Source: a virus (taxonomy: Duplodnaviria > Caudoviricetes). Taken from it: DNA of 64,000 nt. Under the pieces are notes generated by a model, which was not told the origin of the DNA, made no database searches, and saw nothing but the letters and a program-made list of their open reading frames with translations. Positions 52,637 to 61,819 of the stretch are shown in pieces. The DNA lies in the IMG/VR virus record IMGVR_UViG_3300044712_000786, positions 138,705 through 202,704 of that record. One strand, given 5' to 3'. Position 1 is the stretch's first letter. Each line of letters starts with the position of its first letter. The position numbers and the translations under genes are program-made.

Positions 52637-53663
52637 GAAAGTAATCATAACGGGCGTTACTGGTATGGATGGGTCTCACTTGGTAGACTATCTTTTAGAG
52701 AATACTCAGCATGAACTTTTCGGTATTGTGAGAAGGTGCTCTAAACCTAACTATACCAATCTGCAACACAACTTAAATAATCCACGGCTTCATTTAGTGA
52801 CGGGGGATTTATCGGATTCTGTATCGATTGATAATATTGTCAAAAAAATTCAACCAGACTATTTTGTTAATTTAGCTTCTCAATCGTTTGTAGGTTCAAG
52901 CTGGGAAATCCCAGAGCAGACCTTTGATGTAACCGCTGGTGGAGTTATTAGAACGCTAGAGGCCGTTCGTAAAAATGCTCCGAATTGTCGCTATTACAAC
53001 GCTGGTTCAAGCGAGGAATTCGGGGATGTAATTACTTGTCCCCAAGACGAAACGCATCCCTTGCGCCCGAGAAGTCCTTATGGCGCTGCTAAAGCGGCTG
53101 CTAGACTATTGGTAAAGGTCTACCGAGAATCTTACAATTTGTATGCTATTCAGGGAGTTTTATTTAATCATGAAGGAACTAGAAGGGGTCTAGAATTCGT
53201 TACTAGAAAAATTACCCATGGGGTAGCTAATATAGCATTGAGTTATGATAACTATGCTCCTATAGAATTAGGCAATGTGGACTCCCAAAGAGATTGGAGC
53301 GATGCGAGGGATTTTGTAAGGGGTATCTGGATGATGTTAAATCAGTCTAAGCCCAAGGAATACATTTTAGCTTCTGGTGTAGCTAGAACAGTAAAAGAGT
53401 TTGTGACTAACGCTTTTGAATGCGTAAATATTGTCGGTCAGTGGGAAGGAAAGGGAATAGAAGAGAAGTTCATTGATAAGAAGACTGGTAAGCCATTAGT
53501 GGTAATTAACCCCGCGTTTTATCGACCAGCAGAAGTAGAGTTCCTTTGTGGGGACTCTTCTCTAGCTAGAAAAGAAATGGGTTGGGAGCCACAGATATCC
53601 TTTAATCAGATGATTAAAGAAATGGTGGAAAACGATTTGGCATTGACACAAAAACAAAAGTAA
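52623..53663 (+). CDS. gmd: GDP-mannose 4,6-dehydratase
   Basis: ITGVTGMDGSHL, SQSFVGSSW, YNAGSSEEFG, PRSPYGAAK, FNHE, RDWSDA, RPAEV. Confidence 0.93.
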   Translation: MDMNKKVIITGVTGMDGSHLVDYLLENTQHELFGIVRRCSKPNYTNLQHNLNNPRLHLVTGDLSDSVSIDNIVKKIQPDYFVNLASQSFVGSSWEIPEQTFDVTAGGVIRTLEAVRKNAPNCRYYNAGSSEEFGDVITCPQDETHPLRPRSPYGAAKAAARLLVKVYRESYNLYAIQGVLFNHEGTRRGLEFVTRKITHGVANIALSYDNYAPIELGNVDSQRDWSDARDFVRGIWMMLNQSKPKEYILASGVARTVKEFVTNAFECVNIVGQWEGKGIEEKFIDKKTGKPLVVINPAFYRPAEVEFLCGDSSLARKEMGWEPQISFNQMIKEMVENDLALTQKQK

Positions 53664-53677
53664 CGCACCATGGGCTA

Positions 53678-54085
53678 ATGAGTAAGCCTCTGGGATATTT
53701 ATTAAATAAAGAAATAATAGATAGCAAAACAGGGCAACCCCCTAAGATTGTCAATAATCAACAGTTTTTAATTTGGAAATTTTTAAAAAATCCGAGGGAC
53801 ATTAGCTGGCCCCGAGAGATTAAAATAGCAAATAAACTCCTTGCTCAGTTCAAAAGTATTGAGTATTGGAATTTCGTAGATTTGCCCTTCTCGCTCAACT
53901 CTTTAGCTTGGTTCATTTCCTCTAATGGTCAGGAATTTCTTAACCAGCAAAAGAGAAAGATGGAATTTATTAAACAAAATCCGACCATGATAAATCAGAT
54001 ACCAGTTGAGTTACTAGAAAAACCGATTGGTGAAGATATTGCTATTGACCAAAAACCCAAAACACTGTTAGACTTTTTAAAATAA
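53678..54085 (+). CDS. hypothetical protein
   Basis: ORF track. Confidence 0.7.
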   Translation: MSKPLGYLLNKEIIDSKTGQPPKIVNNQQFLIWKFLKNPRDISWPREIKIANKLLAQFKSIEYWNFVDLPFSLNSLAWFISSNGQEFLNQQKRKMEFIKQNPTMINQIPVELLEKPIGEDIAIDQKPKTLLDFLK

Positions 54086-54086
54086 T

Positions 54087-55190
54087 ATGGCTCCAAAAAA
54101 AGAAAAAGAAGCTTCTCAAGACCCCTTGGAATCGGTAATTGCCGAGTTAAAAAAAGACGGAAGAATTATAGGAACTAGAGCAGGGGACGAAATTAAACAA
54201 CAAGACATTATAACGACTTCCTCGTTTGAATTTGACCAAAGGCTAGGGGGCGGATTTAGGGATAGTGGTTGGTCTAGGTTTTACTCTGACCCAGAGTGCG
54301 GCAAGACAAGCATAGCTTTAAAATGGGGAGCTAATTGGCAAAATAAATACAAGGGTGACGCTTATGTATTGTTTTTTAATGCAGAAGGAAGGATTACCCG
54401 AGAGTTAATAGAGCGCTCTGGTATAGATACTAGCAAGGAGAGGTTTAAGATAGTCGATACCAATAATTACGAAGCTATTTTTACCATTACGGAAAAGGCT
54501 GTTCTAGAAAACTCTAGTGGGCGAAGATACTTTGTTATTGTCGATTCTTCGGATGCTTGCGAACGGCAAATAGATAAAGGGAAGCAATTTGGCGATGCCG
54601 ATAAGATAGCGGGTGGAGCCTCTATTATTAGTGCCGCTGGAAGGCGACTAAGTTTGCTATTCAATGTAACTGGACATCACCTATTCATTTCTTCCCAAGT
54701 TCGAGATAAGATGGCTACTGGACCCATGGCGGGTAAGGGAGAGCAAAAAGCTCCTAGCGGCGGTAATGCTCCGAAATTCTATTCTAGTCTTACCTGTCAG
54801 ATAAAGACCCCATGGACCGATAGATATATTTACGAGAATCCTTCAGATACGAAGAGTAAGATTATTGGTAGGATTTGTGAAATTAAGTTAATTAAAACTC
54901 CCAATGAGAGCACTGGGTCTACTGTATTCTATCCAGTTAAGTATGGTCTAGTGGGGGGAGTTTGGAGAGCTTACGAAGCTTTTATGGTTTCTCAGGCTTG
55001 TGGAATTATCTCTGGAACTACTTGGCTTACAATTGAAGACAGCTTCTATGATGACATGCAGAAAAATGGAATTAGCGTAGAGCAAAAATTCCAAGGCGAG
55101 AAAGCGGGGCGCAATCTCTTTGATGAAAACCCAGCTTTAGTAGAGTATGTCTTCGAAAAAGCTAAGATAATCTACGGCGCTAAGAAGTAA
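54087..55190 (+). CDS. RecA/UvsX-like recombinase
   Basis: DQRLGGG, Walker A DPECGKTS, FNAEGR, IVDS, SQVR, PSGGNAPKFYSS. Confidence 0.8.
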   Translation: MAPKKEKEASQDPLESVIAELKKDGRIIGTRAGDEIKQQDIITTSSFEFDQRLGGGFRDSGWSRFYSDPECGKTSIALKWGANWQNKYKGDAYVLFFNAEGRITRELIERSGIDTSKERFKIVDTNNYEAIFTITEKAVLENSSGRRYFVIVDSSDACERQIDKGKQFGDADKIAGGASIISAAGRRLSLLFNVTGHHLFISSQVRDKMATGPMAGKGEQKAPSGGNAPKFYSSLTCQIKTPWTDRYIYENPSDTKSKIIGRICEIKLIKTPNESTGSTVFYPVKYGLVGGVWRAYEAFMVSQACGIISGTTWLTIEDSFYDDMQKNGISVEQKFQGEKAGRNLFDENPALVEYVFEKAKIIYGAKK

Positions 55191-55191
55191 T

Positions 55192-55608
55192 ATGCGACTG
55201 TTCAACGTAAGAGGCAAACTAGTTTATAAGAATGTAAAGCCATATCTTATAGACTGGGATGCCTCTTGCCGTTCTAAAATACAGAAGAAAGTCCAAGATT
55301 TTTTTAGGCAATATTGGTCTAAACACTTGGTTTACAGCGAGTTCCCCGTTTATGGCAGTTTGATGAAAGTCGATTTACTCAATGCCACTAAGAAGATAGC
55401 GGTAGAAACGCAAGGGGTCCAGCATAACGAATTCAATTCCCATTTTCACAAAAATCGCATGAATTATTTTTTCTCTATAAAGAGGGACGTAAAAAAGGCG
55501 GAATGGCTTGAGAAGAATGGGTTTAAGCTAATTGAAATTGAAGAAAAGGATATCCCGCTGCTATCGCCCGAATATATCAGAGACAAATTTGAAGTGTATA
55601 TCCTGTAA
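55192..55608 (+). CDS. DUF559/Vsr-like endonuclease
   Basis: EFPV...VDLL...IAVETQG.QH...D..K..W. Confidence 0.65.
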   Translation: MRLFNVRGKLVYKNVKPYLIDWDASCRSKIQKKVQDFFRQYWSKHLVYSEFPVYGSLMKVDLLNATKKIAVETQGVQHNEFNSHFHKNRMNYFFSIKRDVKKAEWLEKNGFKLIEIEEKDIPLLSPEYIRDKFEVYIL

Positions 55609-57098
55609 TGGAAGATTTAAATTCAATACGAGTAGAAAAGCATGTTTTAGGTGGGCTCATAAAAGACCCCAAGCTAATGTTGGAAATCTGCGGATTTGTT
55701 AATTCCGAAGATTTTTATGTCCCCATTCATAAAGTAATTTTTGGAGTAATTCAAAACTTAGTCTTTACCCAAAAGGAAGCCGACAAAGTTCTCATAGCTC
55801 AAAAAATCAAAGAGCTAGGAATATCTTTTAAAGACGATGTAAATATTTTTGATTACATAGAAAGTCTATCTTCTACTCAGATTAATAAGCTAGGAACTAT
55901 AGAAGCTTCTAAGGAGCTAGTTAGGCTGAGAATCAAAAGGGATTTTTGCAAAACCGCCGAAGATATAAAAGACTATATTAAAAAAAGTAAAGACGCCCCG
56001 ATAGAAGAGATAATCGCCAGCGCTCATTCTTTATTTAATAGCAACATAAGGGCACTGAACTTTTCGGATGAGCCTACGGACCTTATGGAAGGTATCCCAA
56101 GCCTCATTGAAGAGCGGGGAAATAATCCCATGGACGAAGTAGGGCTTCCTACCCATTATCCTGAGTTCAATCGATTGTATGGCGGTCTACGCAATGGGAA
56201 TCTGTATGCTATAGTTTCTCGTCCCGCCCAAGGAAAAACGACATTCATCAGCGATTTATGTTTTGGGGTAGCTAGGCTTTCCATGTATAGGGTTCCAATC
56301 CTGATATTGGATACCGAAATGAAGACCTATGATATTCAGTTCCGCATAGCTTCTTCTTTAACTGGTATCCCAATGTGGTATTTAGAAAGCGGTAATTGGC
56401 GCAAAAACAAGGAAATGTTTGACATCGTTAGAGCCGCTTTTAAAGAAGTTAAGAAGTTCCATATCTATCACTTACATGTTGCCAATAAAAATGTAGATGA
56501 AATCGCCTCTATAGCTAGAAGATGGTATTATACTAAAATAGGTAAAGGAAGACAAGTAGTTATAGGTTATGACTATCTTAAGCTTACTGGTGAGAAAGTA
56601 GGAAATAATTGGGCCGAACATCAAGCTATCGGAGAAAAAATAGATAAGTTCAAAAGGCTTTCCGAAGAATTAGATTGTCCTATATTCACTGCGATGCAAA
56701 TGAATCGCTCGGGAGAAAACTTCAATAAGGACTCCAAGGACGTAACTGATGATGCTTCCGCAATTGCCCTCTCTGATAGGTTGCAATGGTTTGCTTCTTT
56801 CGTTGCCATATTTAGAAGAAAGACTTTAGATGAAATCGAGGCGGATGGAACTGAATTTGGGACTCATAAATTAATCCCTACTAAGACCCGCTTCCAAGGC
56901 AAGGAAGCCGCTGGCCATATAGATATGTTCGCCCGTCCTCTCCCAGATGGAAAGAAGAGATATGTAAACAATTATATTAACTTTGAAGTGAAGAATTTCA
57001 AAGTCACGGAAAAGGGGTCTTTAAAAGACGTTATTCATAAGTTGGAAATGAAGTATGATTTTGATAAAAATCACGAAAAGGATGTTACCTTAGCTTAA
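55608..57098 (+). CDS. dnaB: replicative DNA helicase
   Basis: EKHVLGGL, SRPAQGKTT, LDTEM, DYLK, MQMNR. Confidence 0.9.
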   Translation: MEDLNSIRVEKHVLGGLIKDPKLMLEICGFVNSEDFYVPIHKVIFGVIQNLVFTQKEADKVLIAQKIKELGISFKDDVNIFDYIESLSSTQINKLGTIEASKELVRLRIKRDFCKTAEDIKDYIKKSKDAPIEEIIASAHSLFNSNIRALNFSDEPTDLMEGIPSLIEERGNNPMDEVGLPTHYPEFNRLYGGLRNGNLYAIVSRPAQGKTTFISDLCFGVARLSMYRVPILILDTEMKTYDIQFRIASSLTGIPMWYLESGNWRKNKEMFDIVRAAFKEVKKFHIYHLHVANKNVDEIASIARRWYYTKIGKGRQVVIGYDYLKLTGEKVGNNWAEHQAIGEKIDKFKRLSEELDCPIFTAMQMNRSGENFNKDSKDVTDDASAIALSDRLQWFASFVAIFRRKTLDEIEADGTEFGTHKLIPTKTRFQGKEAAGHIDMFARPLPDGKKRYVNNYINFEVKNFKVTEKGSLKDVIHKLEMKYDFDKNHEKDVTLA

Positions 57099-57992
57099 AT
57101 GGACTATCGTTCAATATTAATCAATTTAGGATATCAACCCACTATTAATGGTAGGGAGTTGAGAATGCGCCCTATATATAGGGACTCCGATAACAATACC
57201 TCCCTCTGTGTTTATACAGATGACGGTAGTTGGGTTGATTTTGGTTCTGGCTTTAAGGGTAAGTTTGAAGAGTTAGTAAAAATTAGCCTAAAGCTTTCTA
57301 GCCTAGAGGAAGCTAAGCAAGTCCTTCATTCTAAATTTGATTTTGAAAGAGCGGAGATTAAAAAAGAAATTACCATTAAGGAACCTAAAATTTTTGATGA
57401 ATCGTCTTTAGATGAGCTAGCTCAAAATCATTCTTATTGGGTATCTCGGGGGATTAACGAAGAGACGATTAAGTTATTTAAGGGCGGTATTGCCATCAAG
57501 GGCAGAATGAAGGGACGATATTGTATTCCTATTTTCGATAACAATAGAATTATAGGTTACACTGGTAGAACCTTAAACGGCTCCGAAATAAAATATAAGC
57601 ATCTGGGAGCCAAGAACTTATGGTGCTTTCCCTCCCACTTAAATGATTCAATAATAAGGGATTGTAAAAAAGTTATATTAGTAGAAAGCCCCGCTTGTAT
57701 TTTTAAACTATGGGATAACGGGATTAAGAATGTTTTATGCTTGTTTGGAACCGAATGTTCTGTTAAGATAATTAATTATCTAATTAGCGTAGACCCAGAT
57801 AAAATTTTAGTTAGTTTGAATAATGAACCAACAAATAATTCTATTGGAAACAAAGCGGCGGCTAAGTTAGTAGCTAAATTGAGGAAATATTTTGATTATA
57901 ATCAGGTAGTATTAGCCTTACCGCTTAAAAAAGATTTTGGAGAAATGAGTAATGAAGAGATTAAGGTTTGGTCTAACAAGAAATTACTATAA
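57099..57992 (+). CDS. DNA primase (DnaG-like, TOPRIM)
   Basis: IPIFD...GYTGR, ILVES, CLFGT, KKDFGE. Confidence 0.8.
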   Translation: MDYRSILINLGYQPTINGRELRMRPIYRDSDNNTSLCVYTDDGSWVDFGSGFKGKFEELVKISLKLSSLEEAKQVLHSKFDFERAEIKKEITIKEPKIFDESSLDELAQNHSYWVSRGINEETIKLFKGGIAIKGRMKGRYCIPIFDNNRIIGYTGRTLNGSEIKYKHLGAKNLWCFPSHLNDSIIRDCKKVILVESPACIFKLWDNGIKNVLCLFGTECSVKIINYLISVDPDKILVSLNNEPTNNSIGNKAAAKLVAKLRKYFDYNQVVLALPLKKDFGEMSNEEIKVWSNKKLL

Positions 57993-58114
57993 TTATTTTA
58001 GAGATTTGGTTAGTCCTTCTATTTTTTTTATATATGAAGCTAAATTTGGGGTAGAGTTAATAAATGCAACGTATATTAAATTTATCATTTTCAGACATTT
58101 AGATGATTTAAAAC

Positions 58115-58342
58115 ATGAAAAAATCAATTACCAAAACTGAACTCTGTATACTCCAAGGTCTTGGAGAAATGTGCCGCCGAAAGCTAAAGGAAATGGATGA
58201 AATAGAACAGGCGATTTACGAGCTACTTAGGGTTGATGGTCATAGGGTTAACGAATTAGAAGAAATACAAGATTTTATTTATCGAGATGGGGAAGTTAAG
58301 GAACTCCTATTAAACTTAAAAATTAAAGTAAAAAATGGATAA
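58115..58342 (+). CDS. hypothetical protein
   Basis: ORF track. Confidence 0.6.
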   Translation: MKKSITKTELCILQGLGEMCRRKLKEMDEIEQAIYELLRVDGHRVNELEEIQDFIYRDGEVKELLLNLKIKVKNG

Positions 58343-58721
58343 ATTACGTTTAGCTGTTGTCGGTTCAAGAACTTTCAAAGATAAAGAACGTCTTTACAAG
58401 ATTCTCGACTCTAATATAGACAAAATCGAAATGCTTATAAGCGGTTGCGCAAATGGAGCCGATACATTAGCCTTTGAGTGGGCAAAGGAAAGGGGGGTTC
58501 CCATTATGCTTTATCCAGCTAAATGGTATACTCTGGATGGGGAATATGATAGGGGCGCTGGATTCAAAAGAAACTATTTAATTGTAAAAGCAAGTAATTG
58601 CGTATGTGCCTTCTGGGATAAAAAATCCAAGGGGACTCAGAATACTATCGAAACGGCGCAGTCATTAGGAGTTAAAGTTATTATCAAGTATTTCGAACCA
58701 GAAGAGGCACCCCCTGAATGA
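58335..58721 (+). CDS. SLOG-superfamily protein (DUF2493/YspA-like)
   Basis: VVGSRTF, SGCANGAD, AGFKRN, AFWD.KSKGT. Confidence 0.8.
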   Translation: MDKLRLAVVGSRTFKDKERLYKILDSNIDKIEMLISGCANGADTLAFEWAKERGVPIMLYPAKWYTLDGEYDRGAGFKRNYLIVKASNCVCAFWDKKSKGTQNTIETAQSLGVKVIIKYFEPEEAPPE

Positions 58722-59698
58722 AACGAGTATCTCAATCCCCATCTAGAATAAAACTGTTCCAAGACTGCTCTTATAAGTATTTTTTGAGATACGTTTTTCG
58801 CTTGCCAGATAAATCTAATGACGGAGCTAAACGGGGAACGTTAGTCCATCTAGTTCTAGAATGTCTAATTAATAAAAGACATCGAAAGTATATTAATCAA
58901 CTTCTATCTTTACGAGACTACTCTAGGATTCCTTCCATTAGCGTATTAGTAACCAAACACGCCAAAAAATTAGGTATTAACGATTCCGAAAATCTTAAGT
59001 TAGTTAATGAAATGATACTAACTGGGGTTTCGGGAGATTTTACCTGTGGTAAAGCTAAAGAAATCCTTTCTGAACAAAGATTCGAAATTGAAACAGAGAG
59101 ATATGTTATTAATGGCATTATTGATAAAATAGCAATTTATGATAATGAAATAACAATTTATGACTATAAGACTAGTAAGCAAAAATTCGATGAGGGTGAC
59201 ATAGACGGCAATCTTCAAGTATTTTTTTATTCTTTATATTGTTTTAAAAAATATGGAATTATACCATCCGTCGAGTTTCTATTCTTAAGATTTCCAGATG
59301 ACCCCTCCGTTAAACCCAAGAAATGCACGCTAGAAGAGCTTCAGGGCTTCGAAAATTACTTAGCCTACCTAGATGTCTATCTGAAGGACTTCGGCTTACC
59401 TAAGGCTACATCAAACTACGCATTTGATGATTCTGACAAGAAGTGGCTTTGTGGGTATGCAAAGGAGCGGGGGCAGCTTACGAAAGCTGGGAAAGCCTTT
59501 TTTTATTGCCCATATAAGTTCCCTTTCGATTATTATGCGTTAGTTGACAAAGAAACGGGGGCCATACTGAAAACCGATGAAGACCCTGACGCTTTAAAAG
59601 AGACAGATAAAACTAAAATTGTTTTTAAAAGATATAACGGATGTCCAAAGTTCGGAAATAAGGTCACTCGCCCAGAGCAAGAGACCCCCGATTTTTGA
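58718..59698 (+). CDS. PD-(D/E)XK exonuclease (RecB/Cas4-like)
   Basis: SPSRIK.FQDC, GT.VH..LE, GIIDK, DYKTSK, Q...YS. Confidence 0.8.
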   Translation: MKRVSQSPSRIKLFQDCSYKYFLRYVFRLPDKSNDGAKRGTLVHLVLECLINKRHRKYINQLLSLRDYSRIPSISVLVTKHAKKLGINDSENLKLVNEMILTGVSGDFTCGKAKEILSEQRFEIETERYVINGIIDKIAIYDNEITIYDYKTSKQKFDEGDIDGNLQVFFYSLYCFKKYGIIPSVEFLFLRFPDDPSVKPKKCTLEELQGFENYLAYLDVYLKDFGLPKATSNYAFDDSDKKWLCGYAKERGQLTKAGKAFFYCPYKFPFDYYALVDKETGAILKTDEDPDALKETDKTKIVFKRYNGCPKFGNKVTRPEQETPDF

Positions 59699-59699
59699 G

Positions 59700-59728
59700 T
59701 TGATTTTCCTTAAAACCCTTATTAATAT
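59700..59728 (+). promoter_or_regulatory. sigma70-type promoter
   Basis: TTGATT-N17-TAATAT, 6 nt before ATG. Confidence 0.55.
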
Positions 59729-59734
59729 AAGAAT

Positions 59735-60520
59735 ATGTCAGTATTGCCATTGTGGAAATCCCACTATAGTATTGGAAGAAGCATCCTAACCTTGGAAAAG
59801 GCTGGCTCTTCCAAGCCTACTGAACCGTCTTCTATTATAGACCTGTGTCTTAAATATAAGCTAAAAAAGGCCGTTTTAGTAGAAGACTCGTTTTCGGGAT
59901 TTTTGGAAGCCTATTCAAATTTTAAAGACGCGGGTATTTCTTTAGTATTTGGCTTGAGAACTACAATAACCGAAGATTTATCAGTTAAATCCGAGGAGTC
60001 TCTCAAAAATCAACATAAAGTCATCATCTTCCCTAAAAATACAGATGGATATAAAAAGCTTATAAAGATATCTACCAAGGCTCAAACGGACGGATTTTAT
60101 TATGAACCCCGCTTAGACTACTCTTTCTTAAGTAAAGTATGGAATGAAGCGGAGCTTAGTATCGGTATTCCGTTTTACGATAGCTTTATTTTCAATAATC
60201 TCATTCTTGGCGCTCATTGCGTCCCCCGTTTTGACTTCTGCGCACCTACATTTTTCCTTGAGGAAAACTTTCTTCCTTTTGATGTGATAGTAAGAAAAAC
60301 TATTATAAACTACGTTGGAAACGACTTTGAGACTACGGAAGCCAAAAGTATCTATTATGCCAATAGAGAAGACTTTAAAGCGTATCAAACGTTTAGATGT
60401 ATAAATAACCGCAGCACGTTAGAAACCCCCAACCTTGAAAGCTGTTCCTCACCCGAGTTTTGTGCGGAGTCTTGGAGTGAGTGTAATTCATTGAAATGTT
60501 TAACTTCAACAAACAATTAA
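59735..60520 (+). CDS. stand-alone PHP domain of DNA Pol III alpha
   Basis: KSHYSIGRS, L.EDSFSG, VFGL, GYKKLIKIST, FYYEPRLD. Confidence 0.8.
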   Translation: MSVLPLWKSHYSIGRSILTLEKAGSSKPTEPSSIIDLCLKYKLKKAVLVEDSFSGFLEAYSNFKDAGISLVFGLRTTITEDLSVKSEESLKNQHKVIIFPKNTDGYKKLIKISTKAQTDGFYYEPRLDYSFLSKVWNEAELSIGIPFYDSFIFNNLILGAHCVPRFDFCAPTFFLEENFLPFDVIVRKTIINYVGNDFETTEAKSIYYANREDFKAYQTFRCINNRSTLETPNLESCSSPEFCAESWSECNSLKCLTSTNN

Positions 60521-60978
60521 CAGTAGGTAAAGAGGGGGAAGATTTTTTTCTAAAATGCTATAAATTTAAATCGGCTCGTAAAGCCGATGGCTATAAATTT
60601 GACCTATGGGTAGCAGACAATTTAAAAGTGGAGCTTAAGACAGACTCGTATCCCATGGAAAAGACAGAGAACTTTTTCATGGAGCAGTATGGAAATATAG
60701 AAGAAAAGGAAACGTCAGTAGGTGGACCTTGGAGAGCTAAAAAAGACAGCATAGATTATTTTGTTTATTTATTCTTAAAAGATAGAACCTTTTTCTGGTT
60801 TAAACCCAATAATTTATGTAAATTGCTGGATAAAATTTCAGTAGACAAAAAGCAAAGATTAATTAAAAATAGTAGTTGGACTACCGCTGGAATCCTTATA
60901 AGAAGAGAAGAAATAAAACATCTTTGCGTGTCAATAGATACTTTTACTAAAAATGGAAAACTCATTATTAAGGTTTGA
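60496..60978 (+). CDS. PD-(D/E)XK-like endonuclease
   Basis: G..GE..F, FDLWV...VELKTD. Confidence 0.6.
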   Translation: MFNFNKQLTVGKEGEDFFLKCYKFKSARKADGYKFDLWVADNLKVELKTDSYPMEKTENFFMEQYGNIEEKETSVGGPWRAKKDSIDYFVYLFLKDRTFFWFKPNNLCKLLDKISVDKKQRLIKNSSWTTAGILIRREEIKHLCVSIDTFTKNGKLIIKV

Positions 60979-61591
60979 TACGGATTCGCTGTTTGTAGCG
61001 TTCGATTTTGAGACGTTTAATTTGAATTTAAACTTCTGTCATAATCGTCCTTGGCAGATTACTATGGCAAAATTCAAAGGAGACCAAGTATTAGAGATAT
61101 TCGATAGATATGTTAAATGGGACACGAAGCTTCAAATAAGCAAGCGAGCCGCCGAAGTAACGCATTTTGACCCAATGAAGTATGAGCAGGTAGCAGTAAA
61201 AGACGAAGAAGTGTATCCTACCATGAAGCAATGGTTTGCCGAAGCTAAATACATTGTTGGTCATAATATTCTTGGTTTTGACGTTTTTTTAATGAAAGAA
61301 TGGTATAGGTTAAACGGGGATGACCCCCGCCCCCTATATCATAAGTTCATAGATACTAACTGCCTAGCCAAAGCTATTAAGCTTAATTGGCCCCCTCCCA
61401 ACGGCAAAACCCTAGAAGAATGGCAATATCCCATTCTTAATCATAAACAAAAGGGCCTAAAAACGCGACTAGAGATTTGCGGAAAAGATATGGGGATAGA
61501 ACATGACTATAATAACTTACATAATTCCCTCGTGGACGTTGACTTGAATATAAAAGTATTTCAAAGACAGAAGTTTATGTTAGAAATCTGA
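60953..61591 (+). CDS. DEDDh 3'-5' exonuclease (epsilon-like)
   Basis: FDFETF, VGHNILGFD, IDT, LHNSLVD. Confidence 0.85.
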   Translation: MENSLLRFDTDSLFVAFDFETFNLNLNFCHNRPWQITMAKFKGDQVLEIFDRYVKWDTKLQISKRAAEVTHFDPMKYEQVAVKDEEVYPTMKQWFAEAKYIVGHNILGFDVFLMKEWYRLNGDDPRPLYHKFIDTNCLAKAIKLNWPPPNGKTLEEWQYPILNHKQKGLKTRLEICGKDMGIEHDYNNLHNSLVDVDLNIKVFQRQKFMLEI

Positions 61592-61606
61592 AGTGTAATT
61601 ATCGGT

Positions 61607-61819
61607 ATGCCAAGCCTCGATTATGCATACGACCTTTTAGATAAACTATCTGATGATAATTTAGATTACGCCCTAATTGTCATATCAAAAGGTAAAGAAA
61701 TCTACAAAGCTGATATTTTTGAATATGTCACCGATGAAGACAGCCGACAATGCATGGTCAAAACTCTTGCCGATATTAAGAAGAATCTCACCGTTAGAAA
61801 ACGTAAAAAGAAAAAATGA
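61607..61819 (+). CDS. hypothetical protein
   Basis: ORF track; GTGTAAT-N7-ATG upstream. Confidence 0.6.
   Translation: MPSLDYAYDLLDKLSDDNLDYALIVISKGKEIYKADIFEYVTDEDSRQCMVKTLADIKKNLTVRKRKKKK

Noticed and set aside
58718-59698. Cas4 / CRISPR adaptation gene
   Set aside because: Generic PD-(D/E)XK exonuclease in a replication cluster, without cas1/cas2 or an array.
59735-61816. Intein or intron splitting of dnaE
   Set aside because: No Cys/Ser start or His-Asn end at the fragment termini and no group I core seen; treated as a gene-level split.
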